A program made the position numbers and the translations under genes. Below, one piece after another: positions 47,385-57,552 of a DNA stretch of 64,000 bases (positions are counted from its first letter, which is position 1; every line of letters begins with the position of its first letter). The stretch is from NCBI GenBank assembly GCA_038523235.1, contig JBCBJQ010000016.1:1-64000 (forward strand), written 5' to 3'. The stretch is from Cyanobacteria bacterium J06626_4. Its GTDB lineage: Bacteria > Cyanobacteriota > Cyanobacteriia > Phormidesmidales > Phormidesmidaceae. The notes below the pieces were generated by a model. It saw only the letters and a program-made list of their open reading frames with translations. It made no database searches and was not told the origin of the DNA.

Positions 47385-47639
47385 ATGAACTGGCGCAGAA
47401 TGTTTTATACCGGTCTGATGAATACTGTCATTGGCGTCGGCCTGGGGTTAGTGATGGCGAATATTGCCGCGTCACCTTACACCAGCCGCAGCTATCAAAA
47501 TCTCGATCGGCTTTATATGATCATCGGCGGCGGCGGTGGCTTTGCCCTGGGCTGGAGTTGGGAAGGCTTGCGGCAGCTCAAAGAAAAGCGCGATCGTGAA
47601 GAGCGCGAACTTGCCCAATCGGCTCAGTCAAAAGATTAA
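47385..47639 (+). CDS. Small two-TM membrane protein
   Basis: GGAGGT SD, ATG 10 nt after the permease stop; two Gly-rich hydrophobic helices and a charged tail. Confidence 0.8.
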   Translation: MNWRRMFYTGLMNTVIGVGLGLVMANIAASPYTSRSYQNLDRLYMIIGGGGGFALGWSWEGLRQLKEKRDREERELAQSAQSKD

Positions 47640-47798
47640 TATTGGCCAGTGGCAATCCCCATCTGACCTTGCAATCATCGCCGGATTGCCCAAACGATTC
47701 CTCACCTTAGAGCACTCGCTAACAACCAACTTGGAGTTGCGGGACTGAGCCCACAGTCCAGAGTTAAACCGTCCACTCATGCCTTAGGAGAATCACCG

Positions 47799-48038
47799 AT
47801 GAAAATTGAACGCTCTAGCCAACATGAATTGACGCCAGAAGAACAGACCCATTTAGAAAAGCTGCGAGAATTGGTGCAAGCGGCTTTAGCGGATGGCAAA
47901 TTGTCAGAAACGGAGATCCAGCAGATTCGAGCCTTGATTCATGCCGATCATCAGGTGACGGTCGAAGAACTCGAAACGATTCGCACCACGGCTCAAGAGC
48001 TGTTGGGCGATGCCTTTTTAGAGTACGACTGGGGATAA
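47799..48038 (+). CDS. Small acidic hypothetical protein with TerB-like ADG..S..E motifs
   Basis: AGGAG SD; ALADGKLSETE and IHADHQVTVEE. Confidence 0.8.
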   Translation: MKIERSSQHELTPEEQTHLEKLRELVQAALADGKLSETEIQQIRALIHADHQVTVEELETIRTTAQELLGDAFLEYDWG

Positions 48039-48051
48039 ATCTAACGTCTCA

Positions 48052-48756
48052 ATGCCATTCAAACCTGGTCGTCGCTCCGTTGTTTCCCGACTGTTGGCTT
48101 TCCAACAGTCAGAAACCAAGTTTTTCTATATCTTGGCGGCCTTGTTTCTGCTGATCATTGGCAACCCCATCTTGCCGAATCAAGGTTGGGGAGCCTACAC
48201 AGTGAAGCTGCTACTCAACTTTGTCATTTTGTCGGGCATTGTCGCGGCCAATCATGAACAGCAGATCATTCGTCAGATGATGGCGTTGGGCGTGCTCACA
48301 CTCTTACTCGACTGGTTATCGCTACTCGGCCCCCAGTGGCCCCCATTAGCGCTCATTGCCTTTGCGTTGTATTGCCTATTTGTGGCCCTCGTCACGATCT
48401 CCATCATTATTCAAATTGCCCAGAGCCAGCAGGTGACGGGAAATGTTTTGTGTGGAGCGATCGCGGGCTATTTATTGATTGGCCTGACCGGCACCTTTCT
48501 CGCCCTCCTGCTAGAGCTGGCTCACCCCGGAGCCTTTGTTACCGGGGGTGTCGTGATCGACAGAGCCGATCTATTCAACGCGTTGATGTATTACAGCTTA
48601 GTGACGCTATCCACCATTGGCTATGGTGACATTACACCGGCTGTGCCTGCGGCTCGTTCTCTATCGCTGCTGTTAGGGTTATCAGGGCAGATTTATCTCA
48701 CAGTGCTCATCGCTCTGCTGGTCGGCAAATACTTAAATGATACCCGTCAAAAGTAA
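48052..48756 (+). CDS. Potassium channel family protein (Ion_trans_2)
   Basis: Selectivity filter in YYSLVTLSTIGYGDITP; multiple TM helices; no RCK domain. Confidence 0.92.
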   Translation: MPFKPGRRSVVSRLLAFQQSETKFFYILAALFLLIIGNPILPNQGWGAYTVKLLLNFVILSGIVAANHEQQIIRQMMALGVLTLLLDWLSLLGPQWPPLALIAFALYCLFVALVTISIIIQIAQSQQVTGNVLCGAIAGYLLIGLTGTFLALLLELAHPGAFVTGGVVIDRADLFNALMYYSLVTLSTIGYGDITPAVPAARSLSLLLGLSGQIYLTVLIALLVGKYLNDTRQK

Positions 48757-48826
48757 GCCATGGCAGGCCTCTGAGTCTCAGGTGCGGTGAGTCCGACGGA
48801 TGCCCTTAGCCCCCCAAAACGTCGAT

Positions 48827-49618
48827 TTATTCGACCACAAAGCCAGTTTCGACGTCGGTATCTTGGCCGTCCTGATCCAGCTTCTCCATTAACAGGTTGA
48901 CGATCACCACCGTAATGTTGTCACGCCCGCCGTGTTTCTTGGCGGAGTTGACCAGCGCCTGAGCGGCGCTCTCCACCGCTCTGATCGATTTGAGATGAGC
49001 GGCAATAATGGTGTTGGGGAGTTCTTCCGTCAAGCCATCGCTGCAGAGAAGAAAGCGATCGCCCGGCTGCGCCTCGACCGCCTGCACGTCAATCCGATGC
49101 ATATCGGCTCGGCCCAGACATTGAGACAGCACGTGTCGCCAGGGATGATTGCGACTCTGATCGGGAGTCAGTTCGCCCTCTTTAACAGCCCGAGCAATCC
49201 AGGTGTGGTCTTCCGTGATTTGCACAATCTTCGGGCCGCGCAGCCGATATAAGCGAGAATCGCCGACATGGGCACACCAAATCGCCTGATCTTGATGTTC
49301 ACGAAACATCAAAACGACAGCGGTAGTGCCCATGTCACCCCGCTCAGGATGCTGTCTCTGATCGGCCAAAATCGCTTTGTTGGCGAGATCGAGACCACGA
49401 TGCAAGATGTCGGGGGTCGCCAGGGTTGAGTCCCAATGGTCCAGCAAAAATGAGCGAATGGTCGCGGTCGCAATACTACTGGCTTCTTGACCACCGGCAT
49501 GCCCACCCATGCCATCCGCGACGATAAAAAACCGCCCCTGCGGATCAACGTAATAAGCGTCTTGGTTGCTCGAACGCAACAGACCGGGGTCGGTCATTCC
49601 AGAAAAGATTAGCTTCAT
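48827..49618 (-). CDS. pphA: PP2C-type Ser/Thr phosphatase, PphA-like
   Basis: NQD, VADGMGGHAGG, MGTT, HVGDSRLY, TEDH, LCSDGLTEE, GGRDNIT; same neighbourhood as Synechocystis sll1769-1771 as I recall it. Confidence 0.85.
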   Translation of the reverse strand: MKLIFSGMTDPGLLRSSNQDAYYVDPQGRFFIVADGMGGHAGGQEASSIATATIRSFLLDHWDSTLATPDILHRGLDLANKAILADQRQHPERGDMGTTAVVLMFREHQDQAIWCAHVGDSRLYRLRGPKIVQITEDHTWIARAVKEGELTPDQSRNHPWRHVLSQCLGRADMHRIDVQAVEAQPGDRFLLCSDGLTEELPNTIIAAHLKSIRAVESAAQALVNSAKKHGGRDNITVVIVNLLMEKLDQDGQDTDVETGFVVE

Positions 49619-49636
49619 CGACCTGTCTTTCCCTCA

Positions 49637-51541
49637 CTAAGGCAGCCGATCAGCTCGTCCCATTTGCAGCATCAAACGCAACAGGGCAATGCCAGCAATT
49701 CCTGAAACGATAAAGGCCGCGATCGCGAGCCACAAGAATCCGTAAACCAATAGGATAGTCGCCGATAGCACAAAAGCTCCAACCAACAGCGTATAGTTGG
49801 TAGCCATATTGACGCTGCTGACCCGACGCAAGATGCGGTCAGTCTCGATGGAGCGCACGCGCACCCGCACATCGCCACGCTCTAGCTTGTCGAGCGTATC
49901 CTCCAGTCGCCGGGGCAGGCCAAAGGCGGTTGACCCCACCTGAGCGGCCTGTCGGCCCAATTCACCTAGCAGTGAATCGGTTGAATTCGACAAATCATTG
50001 TTACTCATAAGCTTTGTGGCAAACGGCTTGGCCGCTTCCATAAAGTTAAAATTGGGATCTAATCCTTTGCCTACACCCTCTAGCGTCGAAAACGCCCGCA
50101 TCACAAACGTAAACGTGGCGGGGAATCGAAACGGCTGGCCGTAAGCAATCTCGTATAAATCATCACTGATTTCACTGACAGATTGCTCTTCAAAGGGTTT
50201 ATCCATCAGGTTGTCCAAAATATATTGGACAGACCGACGCACTGGCCCCATGTCATCCGACGCCGCTAAAGCCCCTAAATCAACTAAAGAGGAAACAACT
50301 AATTCGGCATCCCGTTGGGCGATTCCTATGAACGTTATCATAAGACGCTCACGGGTCATAGGCTGAATTTGTCCCATCATGCCGAAATCGTAAAAGATCA
50401 GGGCACCTTCGGGACTCACCGCGATGTTGCCAGGATGCGGATCGGCGTGAAAAAAGCCGTCATCCAATAGCTGGTGTAAATAGGCCTTAGCGCCCAAGTG
50501 AGCCAGATTAGTCCGATCAAGGCCGGCTGCTTCCAGCGCTTCGTAATGGCTAATCTTGATACCGGGCATATATTCCAGCGTCAGCACACGGGGCGAGGCA
50601 TAACGCCAAAACACCCGCGGCACGCGGGTCCAGTCATGCTTCCGAAAATTGCGGCGAAAGGTGTCGGCATTCCGTCCTTCGTTGAGATAGTCAATCTCTT
50701 CCCACAAAATGCGACAGCACTCTTCATAAATGCCGAGCCAATCGCGGCCACGGCCCCAATCGGGATGATTTTGAAAATAGACGGCAATGCCCCGCAGGAT
50801 CGCCAAGTCAATTTTGAACAGTCGCTTCAGCCCCGGACGCTGCACCTTAACCACAACGTCTTCGCCGGAATGCAGCTGGGCTCGGTGCACCTGACCAAGA
50901 CTCGCCGCCGCTAACGGAATCGGATCAAAATTTTGGTAGAGCTCAGCCAGGGGCTTACCAAAGTCAGCGGTGATAATTTCCTCCGCCAACTCATAGCTAA
51001 AGGCCGGTACCCGATCCTGCAGCTTGGAGAGTTCTTCCACATATTCTGCCGGAAACAAATCAGCCCGGGTTGAGAACAGCTGCCCCAACTTAATGAAGGT
51101 CGGCCCCAGATCCAAAAAAGTTTCGCGAATCCAAATGGCCTGCCTGCGTCGCCGGGTTGCCAACTTGTCCGGCGTCATCTCGCCAGCGTAGCTCCAGGAC
51201 TTTTTGTAGAGCCAGCGAGCACCTAAAAACCGGAAGACAAATGACCAAATATCAGCGGAGCGCTTGACCCGAGAATAGCGCTTGCGATTCCAGCGATAGG
51301 CTTTGCCATCGGCGGCTGAGGGCCGAGTCGCGGTCGGGGCTAGTGATTGGGGTGGGAGTTCGGTTGCCGCTGGTGAGCCAACGGCCAAAGCGTGATCAGT
51401 CACCTCCATCAGCGCATGAGCATTCGCTTCGCCCCCTGACGCCAGCGTCGAAGCAGCCGATTCAGTCGATACTGAATGACCACCCGAGGCTTGCTCGGGT
51501 AGAGAAGATGAAGACGTGGCGGAATCGTAGGCGGCAGACAC
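49637..51541 (-). CDS. ABC1/UbiB atypical kinase, Sll1770/SpkI-like
   Basis: LGPTFIKLGQ, AAASLGQVH, VKVQRP, HADPHPGN, YDFGMM; C-terminal TM helices. Confidence 0.95.
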   Translation of the reverse strand: MSAAYDSATSSSSLPEQASGGHSVSTESAASTLASGGEANAHALMEVTDHALAVGSPAATELPPQSLAPTATRPSAADGKAYRWNRKRYSRVKRSADIWSFVFRFLGARWLYKKSWSYAGEMTPDKLATRRRRQAIWIRETFLDLGPTFIKLGQLFSTRADLFPAEYVEELSKLQDRVPAFSYELAEEIITADFGKPLAELYQNFDPIPLAAASLGQVHRAQLHSGEDVVVKVQRPGLKRLFKIDLAILRGIAVYFQNHPDWGRGRDWLGIYEECCRILWEEIDYLNEGRNADTFRRNFRKHDWTRVPRVFWRYASPRVLTLEYMPGIKISHYEALEAAGLDRTNLAHLGAKAYLHQLLDDGFFHADPHPGNIAVSPEGALIFYDFGMMGQIQPMTRERLMITFIGIAQRDAELVVSSLVDLGALAASDDMGPVRRSVQYILDNLMDKPFEEQSVSEISDDLYEIAYGQPFRFPATFTFVMRAFSTLEGVGKGLDPNFNFMEAAKPFATKLMSNNDLSNSTDSLLGELGRQAAQVGSTAFGLPRRLEDTLDKLERGDVRVRVRSIETDRILRRVSSVNMATNYTLLVGAFVLSATILLVYGFLWLAIAAFIVSGIAGIALLRLMLQMGRADRLP

Positions 51542-51607
51542 TCAAACTCCCGGACAAGCGATTAAAAAAACAAAAACGGGTAGGCGCAAAAAGACAGTTG
51601 AACCTAG

Positions 51608-51931
51608 CTAGTTCAAAGATGCCCGATACTGTTGCAGAGTTGCGCGAACTTGAGCAATTTCGGCGCGCAAGTTATCGATCGTCGCTTGCAAATCTTGAGG
51701 ACTAGCAGCAGCTCCGGGGGGCGTTGTGGTCGGGTCTTGAGCAACCGCCGACTCTTGCTGTTGGACGCGAGCCATCACCTCATCGGTGAAATTGCGCAAA
51801 CTCTCTCGCTGCTCGGCATCAAATCGGCCCAGATTGCTCAGCGTTTCGGTCATTGATTGCTCGACCTGCTCAGCGATCGCCGTGGCTAAGGCGCGACCCA
51901 TGAAAAAGGCATGGACGACAGGGCTACTCAT
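51608..51931 (-). CDS. DUF6825-like coiled-coil protein
   Basis: AFFMGRALA, LS.LGRFDAEQRE.LR.F.DEV, DLQATIDNLRAEIA. Confidence 0.85.
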   Translation of the reverse strand: MSSPVVHAFFMGRALATAIAEQVEQSMTETLSNLGRFDAEQRESLRNFTDEVMARVQQQESAVAQDPTTTPPGAAASPQDLQATIDNLRAEIAQVRATLQQYRASLN

Positions 51932-51962
51932 AATGTCACACTTTGTTACACCTCACGTCCAG

Positions 51963-51968
51963 ATTATA
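51963..51968 (-). promoter_or_regulatory. Consensus -10 box for the DUF6825-ABC1-PP2C operon
   Basis: Minus strand TATAAT about 32 nt upstream of the ATG. Confidence 0.55.
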
Positions 51969-52039
51969 ACGTTGCTGGTCTAAAAGTCCGCTCTGTCTGC
52001 GGCATCAAGTTTTTAGGGGTCATGGCGAAAACGCTGAAA

Positions 52040-53452
52040 TCAGCTTTCTGAAGCGACTCCAGGGTCTGGCATGGGCTTGAATTCGGTTTCCGTCAGGGCT
52101 TGCGGCGGGGGGGCGTTACCACCGGAAAGGCTGGTGGCATCGGGCGATACCGGTGACTTATCTAAGGGGGGTGGGGCAAAATCTTGGGGAATTTCGGGGG
52201 CGGGGAGCCGTTCGTTATCCAAAGGATCTGCTTCCAACGGGGGCGGTGGGACTTCGTCAGGCTCGACATTGCCGGGGAAAGGCGCTTCATTCGGCAACTC
52301 AGGCGCTGGCTCCGTGCCGACACCCGGTTCTGTCCACTCAGCGGCATTGGCGGGGGATTCCCACAGGGGTTCTTCGGGTAAGATTTCGGGCTCCTCGTAC
52401 CACTCTTCGCGGGGGCGCGGGGTCGCGCTACCAGGCACAAAAGGCCCCTCAAAGTTGACATCGGGCGTGTCGCCTGACCAGTCGACTTGGGCCGGAAACG
52501 ACTGCTGTGGATCAAGCTGCAGTGCCCCCGGCAAACTCGGCGCACTGAGTCGCCAGGTTGTGCCTAGGGTGACACCGGCGATCGCCGCGATGATCGCCGT
52601 GCCCGCTAGGGCCGGGTACACCTTCGACTGAGTTCGCGGCCTCCCTGGGGGTTGAGGGTGAGGTCGGGGCAATGCCCCCTGAGAACGGTGGGTGGGTGCG
52701 ATCGCACTGGCATCGGGCAGTTGATCAAGCCACTGCAACAGCGTGAGAGCAGGGCCGTCTGGGGCCGCTTGTCGGCCTTGAATAATCGCCTCAGCAATGA
52801 GCGGACTGAGGGTGGGCAACTGTTGACGCAGCCGTCGAGCCACGGCAGCCGCATCTTCAGGGGGGGGCAGTTCACCGGTCAAAAAGCTTTGTAGTAAATG
52901 CGCGCAGGCCGACACCGAACGACGGCAAGCAGCATCACCCACTGGGATACCCCCGGCATGATGCGGCAGACCGGTCAACGTAATGGCAGCCACTGAGCCT
53001 GATGCTGAGGGTGATAGCCAAACTCGATTGGGCGATAGGTCGAATCCCTCAAGGCCTTGTTGTTGCAGCCAATCAATGCTCTTAGCAATCTGGCGAATCG
53101 TCGCGAGGGCGCGCTTGGGAGACATCGGGGCAGGGGTTTCACAAATCGATGACCACGGCAGACCAATCGTCTGGTCAATGGCGAGACAGAGGGCTTGATC
53201 ATCCCCTTTGAACAAGGTAAACGGATGGGGCAAAGGAGACAGCAGCGATGGGGCGATGCCTTCTAAGCGGGCGATGAGCTCAGACAGATCGGCGCTGCTC
53301 TCAGGTGACGAAACGGGCAACATCTGCAAAAAGACTCGCCGGCCGGTGACCACATGGGTCCCCCAGTAAAGATCACCATTCGGAGCTGCTTCTAGCAGCG
53401 CATCGACAATATAGTGACCATTTTGCAGCGCAGTCCCAGGAGCAAACGACAT
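52040..53452 (-). CDS. Degenerate Ser/Thr kinase (pseudokinase) with a TM helix and Pro/Glu-rich tail
   Basis: Kinase-like scaffold (GTALQNGHY, DLSPN, FLTGELPP, PTLSP...AI..G) but no GxGxxG, VAIK lysine or DFG. Confidence 0.8.
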   Translation of the reverse strand: MSFAPGTALQNGHYIVDALLEAAPNGDLYWGTHVVTGRRVFLQMLPVSSPESSADLSELIARLEGIAPSLLSPLPHPFTLFKGDDQALCLAIDQTIGLPWSSICETPAPMSPKRALATIRQIAKSIDWLQQQGLEGFDLSPNRVWLSPSASGSVAAITLTGLPHHAGGIPVGDAACRRSVSACAHLLQSFLTGELPPPEDAAAVARRLRQQLPTLSPLIAEAIIQGRQAAPDGPALTLLQWLDQLPDASAIAPTHRSQGALPRPHPQPPGRPRTQSKVYPALAGTAIIAAIAGVTLGTTWRLSAPSLPGALQLDPQQSFPAQVDWSGDTPDVNFEGPFVPGSATPRPREEWYEEPEILPEEPLWESPANAAEWTEPGVGTEPAPELPNEAPFPGNVEPDEVPPPPLEADPLDNERLPAPEIPQDFAPPPLDKSPVSPDATSLSGGNAPPPQALTETEFKPMPDPGVASES

Positions 53453-53561
53453 AGGCGGGGAAGAGTGATGGCAAACGAATGGTGAGCTTTAGATTCTCTT
53501 AATCTACCCTGTTGTGTTTCTGATATCAGATCAGGGCGACATCCAGTAGTCGCCTAGAACA

Positions 53562-56351
53562 CTAAGGCCATGTCGGCGACTGAGGTAGGGGATAGCGCTG
53601 CTGCAAAAAGGCGATCGCGCCGTGCTGATCGGTCACATCGCCATCCAGGGTAGCCGCTAATAATTCATTTAACAGGGTGCGATACTGCGATCCGGGCGGA
53701 TAGCCTAACCGCTTCAAATCATGACCATCCAGCGGCGCTTTTACCTGTGACCACTGCATCAAATAGCGCCAGAGTGGCCGACTCGTCGATTGCGAATGGC
53801 GTACCCCAACTAAAACTAAGGTGCCGAGATCGTAGTTTTGTAAAAGCTGCACGATTTGACTTGGGCGATCGCACGCCAACAAGCCCGTCAAGATATCGGC
53901 TTCCGCCTGCCCCAGCTGAGCCAACCGGGTGATCGCGGCCTGAGGCAGCTGCAGGCTCTGCGCCACCGCCCCGCGATCGACCGCAGGAATGGCCGCAATT
54001 AGCAACTCTAAACGCATCTGATAGGGAAGTAGCGATGAAAAAAGTTCTACCCGCGATAGCCAGCGACTCAGGCGGCGCAGGTGACGCCACAGGCGATCGG
54101 TCATCGTCAGCTGAGAATGCAGGCAAACGAGCGCCCCTAACCGATTGAGTAACGCCAGCGCCGGTTCCCAATAATCAGCTTCTAAGATGTACTTGAGTTC
54201 AGCCTTTAATCGCGTTTGCAGCGCCGGCAGTTGGGCCATCTCTGCTTGCAGCCGTTGGTACACGCCGCTGTCGATCGCATGGCGAATAAACCGTTCTGTT
54301 TGCGGATCAAGGTGAAAGTCGAGGCGAATAGCAAACCGTACGGCACGAAAAATGCGCGTGGGGTCTTCGATAAAACTATTGGCATGCAGGACGCGAATCT
54401 GTCGCTGCTGTAAATCAACCAACCCCCCGAAGAAGTCGAGTAACTGACCGCGATGGGGGGGCGTCAAACAAACGGCCAAGGCGTTAATGGTGAAGTCACG
54501 GCGATACAGATCCTGACGGATCGAACTGGCTTCCACCTCGGGATTAGCCGCCGGGTAAGGATAAAACTCGGTGCGGGCGGTGGCAATATCGACCAACCGG
54601 CTGGAGGGATGGCCCCCTGAGCCGGCGTGCCACACCAGCGCCGCCGTCTGGAATTTGCCATAAACCTGCAGTTCGACCTCAGGATGCTGCGCCTTGATCG
54701 CCTCTGCCAGCACGACACCGGCCCCCATCTCGAGGGTTTGGTAGGCACTGTCAACCACCAGATCAACATCTTGCAGTCGCAGTGGGGTGGTCGGGGGCGT
54801 CAAAAACAAATCTCGCACCCCACCCCCGATCAAATAAAGCTGCCAGCCGTGATCGACCGCGACGGCAGCCATGACTTGCAGCATGGCCCATAGACTGGCA
54901 TCAAGCCGCTGCTGTAGGGTTTGCCACAGCTGGGCCGCGGTGGGTGGCGTGGCGATGGCAGCGGCATTGAGAGCAAGGGCATGATCAGCGCTGGCAGCCG
55001 CGATCGCAGTTTGCTGATCGTGATGTAAGCGGCGCAAAACATCGGTGCGGGTGACAATGCCAACGAGCTGACCAGAGGCCAGCACTGGCAACCGACCAAT
55101 ATCGTAGGTCACCATCAGGGCTTCAATCTCCGGCAGCGGTGTAGCGGGCGTAATCGTTCTGACCTGAGTGGTCATATAACCCTTTACCGGAGCATGGCCA
55201 AAGCCATGGTGCAGCGCCAGGTCGATGTCTCGGCGAGAAATCATGCCCACGAGTTGCCCCTGCTCATCCACCACTGACAGCCCAGAATGGCCGTAACGGA
55301 GCAAAAGGCGCTGGGCCGCCGTAATTAACGTCGTGGGCAGAATCGTGCGCACCGGTGACGACATCAGCTCCTGAGCACAAGGCACAGGGGGAATCTGTTG
55401 ACGCAAGGTCGCTAAAACGGTCTGAAACGCTTGCTCCGGTGCCGAAGTTGAGACCGTCACCGCCGCCGCCGTCGGATGGCCGCCACCGCCCAGTGGGGCC
55501 AACAACTGATGAAAATCGACCCCAGGACGATCGCCATGAGCGGCGGTGCGTCCCCGCGCTCGTCCAATCAAAATGAGTTTCTGAGCCGGTTCCTTCGCCG
55601 GAAACCAGGCCCCAAACAATAGACTATCGACATCCATAAAGGTGATCAGCCGTTCGGCCAAGGCTGAGAGTCCGGGGACATATTGGGCCGTCTCCAACAA
55701 CACCCACCCGAGCGTATGGCCGGGCTGCGCCTCCTGCTGAAAGCTAGCCACGGCAGTTTCGATCAGGGTCTGCAGGGGAGGCGATAGCGTCGGCTCCACA
55801 AATTCGGCGATCGCGCTTTGACTCGCACCCTGCTGCATCAGCCACGTCAAGGCCGCCGCATCTCTCGCGGTGGCTGAGGCAAAGGTCAGCGACCCCGTAT
55901 CGACATGAATCCCTAAGGCCATCACCGTCGCTTCGGCCCCGGTCAGCGCCACAGACTGGGCCTGCAGTTGCTCGGCAATCAGCGTTGTAGCAGCACCGAC
56001 GGGTTCCACGACGACCCGCGTTGCCGGCAGAGAGACTTCCTCAGAAGAGTGATGATCGTAGATCGAGATCGTTCCCCCCCGCGCGGCGACAGCGGTCAGC
56101 CAAGGCGCAATTGGCCCAAGGCGGTCAGCAGATTGTGTATCGACGACAGTCAGCGCCTCAACGGCATCGATATTGACGGCTCGCCGTTCGATTAGCTGAT
56201 ATTCGTCACGGTGCAGGGCCAGAAAGCTCTGTACTGTCGGGTGACAGCCGCCCGCCAGCACGATCCGCGTACCGGGGTGCAGCCGGGTAACGCCCACTGC
56301 GGCGCCCAGGGTATCAAAGTCAGCCGTCGTATGGCACAGCACCAAATTCAT
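53562..56351 (-). CDS. DHH-CBS-nucleotidyltransferase; tRNA nucleotidyltransferase, likely A-adding type
   Basis: HTTADFD, YDHH, DTG, GGGH, two CBS domains, LIGGGVRD, DVD, DLYRRDFTINA, EDPTRIFRAVRF. Confidence 0.93.
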   Translation of the reverse strand: MNLVLCHTTADFDTLGAAVGVTRLHPGTRIVLAGGCHPTVQSFLALHRDEYQLIERRAVNIDAVEALTVVDTQSADRLGPIAPWLTAVAARGGTISIYDHHSSEEVSLPATRVVVEPVGAATTLIAEQLQAQSVALTGAEATVMALGIHVDTGSLTFASATARDAAALTWLMQQGASQSAIAEFVEPTLSPPLQTLIETAVASFQQEAQPGHTLGWVLLETAQYVPGLSALAERLITFMDVDSLLFGAWFPAKEPAQKLILIGRARGRTAAHGDRPGVDFHQLLAPLGGGGHPTAAAVTVSTSAPEQAFQTVLATLRQQIPPVPCAQELMSSPVRTILPTTLITAAQRLLLRYGHSGLSVVDEQGQLVGMISRRDIDLALHHGFGHAPVKGYMTTQVRTITPATPLPEIEALMVTYDIGRLPVLASGQLVGIVTRTDVLRRLHHDQQTAIAAASADHALALNAAAIATPPTAAQLWQTLQQRLDASLWAMLQVMAAVAVDHGWQLYLIGGGVRDLFLTPPTTPLRLQDVDLVVDSAYQTLEMGAGVVLAEAIKAQHPEVELQVYGKFQTAALVWHAGSGGHPSSRLVDIATARTEFYPYPAANPEVEASSIRQDLYRRDFTINALAVCLTPPHRGQLLDFFGGLVDLQQRQIRVLHANSFIEDPTRIFRAVRFAIRLDFHLDPQTERFIRHAIDSGVYQRLQAEMAQLPALQTRLKAELKYILEADYWEPALALLNRLGALVCLHSQLTMTDRLWRHLRRLSRWLSRVELFSSLLPYQMRLELLIAAIPAVDRGAVAQSLQLPQAAITRLAQLGQAEADILTGLLACDRPSQIVQLLQNYDLGTLVLVGVRHSQSTSRPLWRYLMQWSQVKAPLDGHDLKRLGYPPGSQYRTLLNELLAATLDGDVTDQHGAIAFLQQRYPLPQSPTWP

Positions 56352-56598
56352 GGGCAGGGTCTCTGAGTCAAAATTCCGAGTTAACGCTCGGAGTATCTGG
56401 CGGGGCGATCGCCATTCACGAGCGAGCAACCCAGTCCTTAATGGCTAGCGTAGGCGCAAAACTTGGTACGTTGCTGACGATAAAGGCTTCCGTCGCACCC
56501 ACATTTCTGATAGCTTACTAATAATATTGCGGGAAATGAGCAGCCGTTCGGCTTGGACTTTCCTGCATCGCTGTGTTGAGAGAAGAGATTTTAGCAAA

Positions 56599-56787
56599 AT
56601 GGTAATCATCTTCCAGCTAGCACTCCTTGCGCTGGTTCTTTTATCTTTCGTCATGGTTGTGGGGGTACCGGTCGCCTATGCGTCACCCCAAAACTGGGAA
56701 CAGTCTAAGCGCCTAATCCTCCTGGGCTCCGTAGTCTGGGGTGTTTTGGTCGTCGTCGTCGGTGGTCTTAATTACCTCGTGGTGTAG
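56599..56787 (+). CDS. psbZ: Photosystem II PsbZ (62 aa)
   Basis: [29 protein letters not shown]. Confidence 0.97.
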   Translation: MVIIFQLALLALVLLSFVMVVGVPVAYASPQNWEQSKRLILLGSVVWGVLVVVVGGLNYLVV

Positions 56788-56808
56788 CCACTAAGGCGTT
56801 GAATTTTC

Positions 56809-57381
56809 ATGGCAGTGTTTGAAGGAAATTTTCACCCAGGCAGTCCGCGTCGGTTTGCCCTGGTGATTGGTCGATTTAACGATCTGATTACAGAAAAGCT
56901 ATTAGCAGGTTGCCAGGATTGCTTAAAGCGTCACGGGGTTGACGTCGACCCTCACGGCGACCAGGTTGATTATGCCTGGGTGCCAGGGAGCTTTGAGATT
57001 CCTATGGTGGCGCGTCAATTAGCATTGACGGGCCGCTACAGCGCCATCATTTGCCTAGGCGCTGTCATCAAAGGGCAGACCCCCCATTTTGACTATGTGG
57101 CGGCGGAAGTTTCTAAGGGCATCGCGGCCGTCGGCTTTCAAACGGGGGTGCCGATTGTTTTTGGGGTGTTAACGACTGACACCTTGCAGCAAGCGTTAGA
57201 GCGGGCAGGCATCAAAAGCAATCTGGGCTGGAACTACGCCATGAGCGCCCTGGAAATGTCGAGCCTGATGGGTCAGATTCAGGCCTTACCGCAGGAAAAC
57301 CAGGGGAGTTTGGTCGGCACCGTCTCTCCCAGCCTGCCATCAGCAGCCGTCGCTCCGGTTCAATCAACCTCCGGCACCTAG
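56809..57381 (+). CDS. ribH: 6,7-dimethyl-8-ribityllumazine synthase
   Basis: [37 protein letters not shown]. Confidence 0.97.
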   Translation: MAVFEGNFHPGSPRRFALVIGRFNDLITEKLLAGCQDCLKRHGVDVDPHGDQVDYAWVPGSFEIPMVARQLALTGRYSAIICLGAVIKGQTPHFDYVAAEVSKGIAAVGFQTGVPIVFGVLTTDTLQQALERAGIKSNLGWNYAMSALEMSSLMGQIQALPQENQGSLVGTVSPSLPSAAVAPVQSTSGT

Positions 57382-57425
57382 GCCTATTCTTCGCCCTGGC
57401 GGGCAAAGAATTAGGCTGTCAAATG

Positions 57426-57454
57426 TTGACAACTGCATCACCGTTTGAGATATT
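57426..57454 (+). promoter_or_regulatory. tRNA-Gly promoter
   Basis: Perfect TTGACA, 17-nt spacer, extended -10 TGa-GATATT. Confidence 0.7.
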
Positions 57455-57480
57455 GGTTAAACGTCTGAAATTTTAGATTT

Positions 57481-57552
57481 GCGGGTATAGCTCAGTGGTA
57501 GAGCGTCACCTTGCCAAGGTGAATGTCGCGCGTTCGAATCGCGTTACCCGCT
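57481..57552 (+). tRNA. trnG: tRNA-Gly(GCC), CCA not encoded
   Basis: GCGGGTA/TACCCGC acceptor stem, anticodon arm TCACC-TTGCCAA-GGTGA, T-loop GTTCGAATC. Confidence 0.97.
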
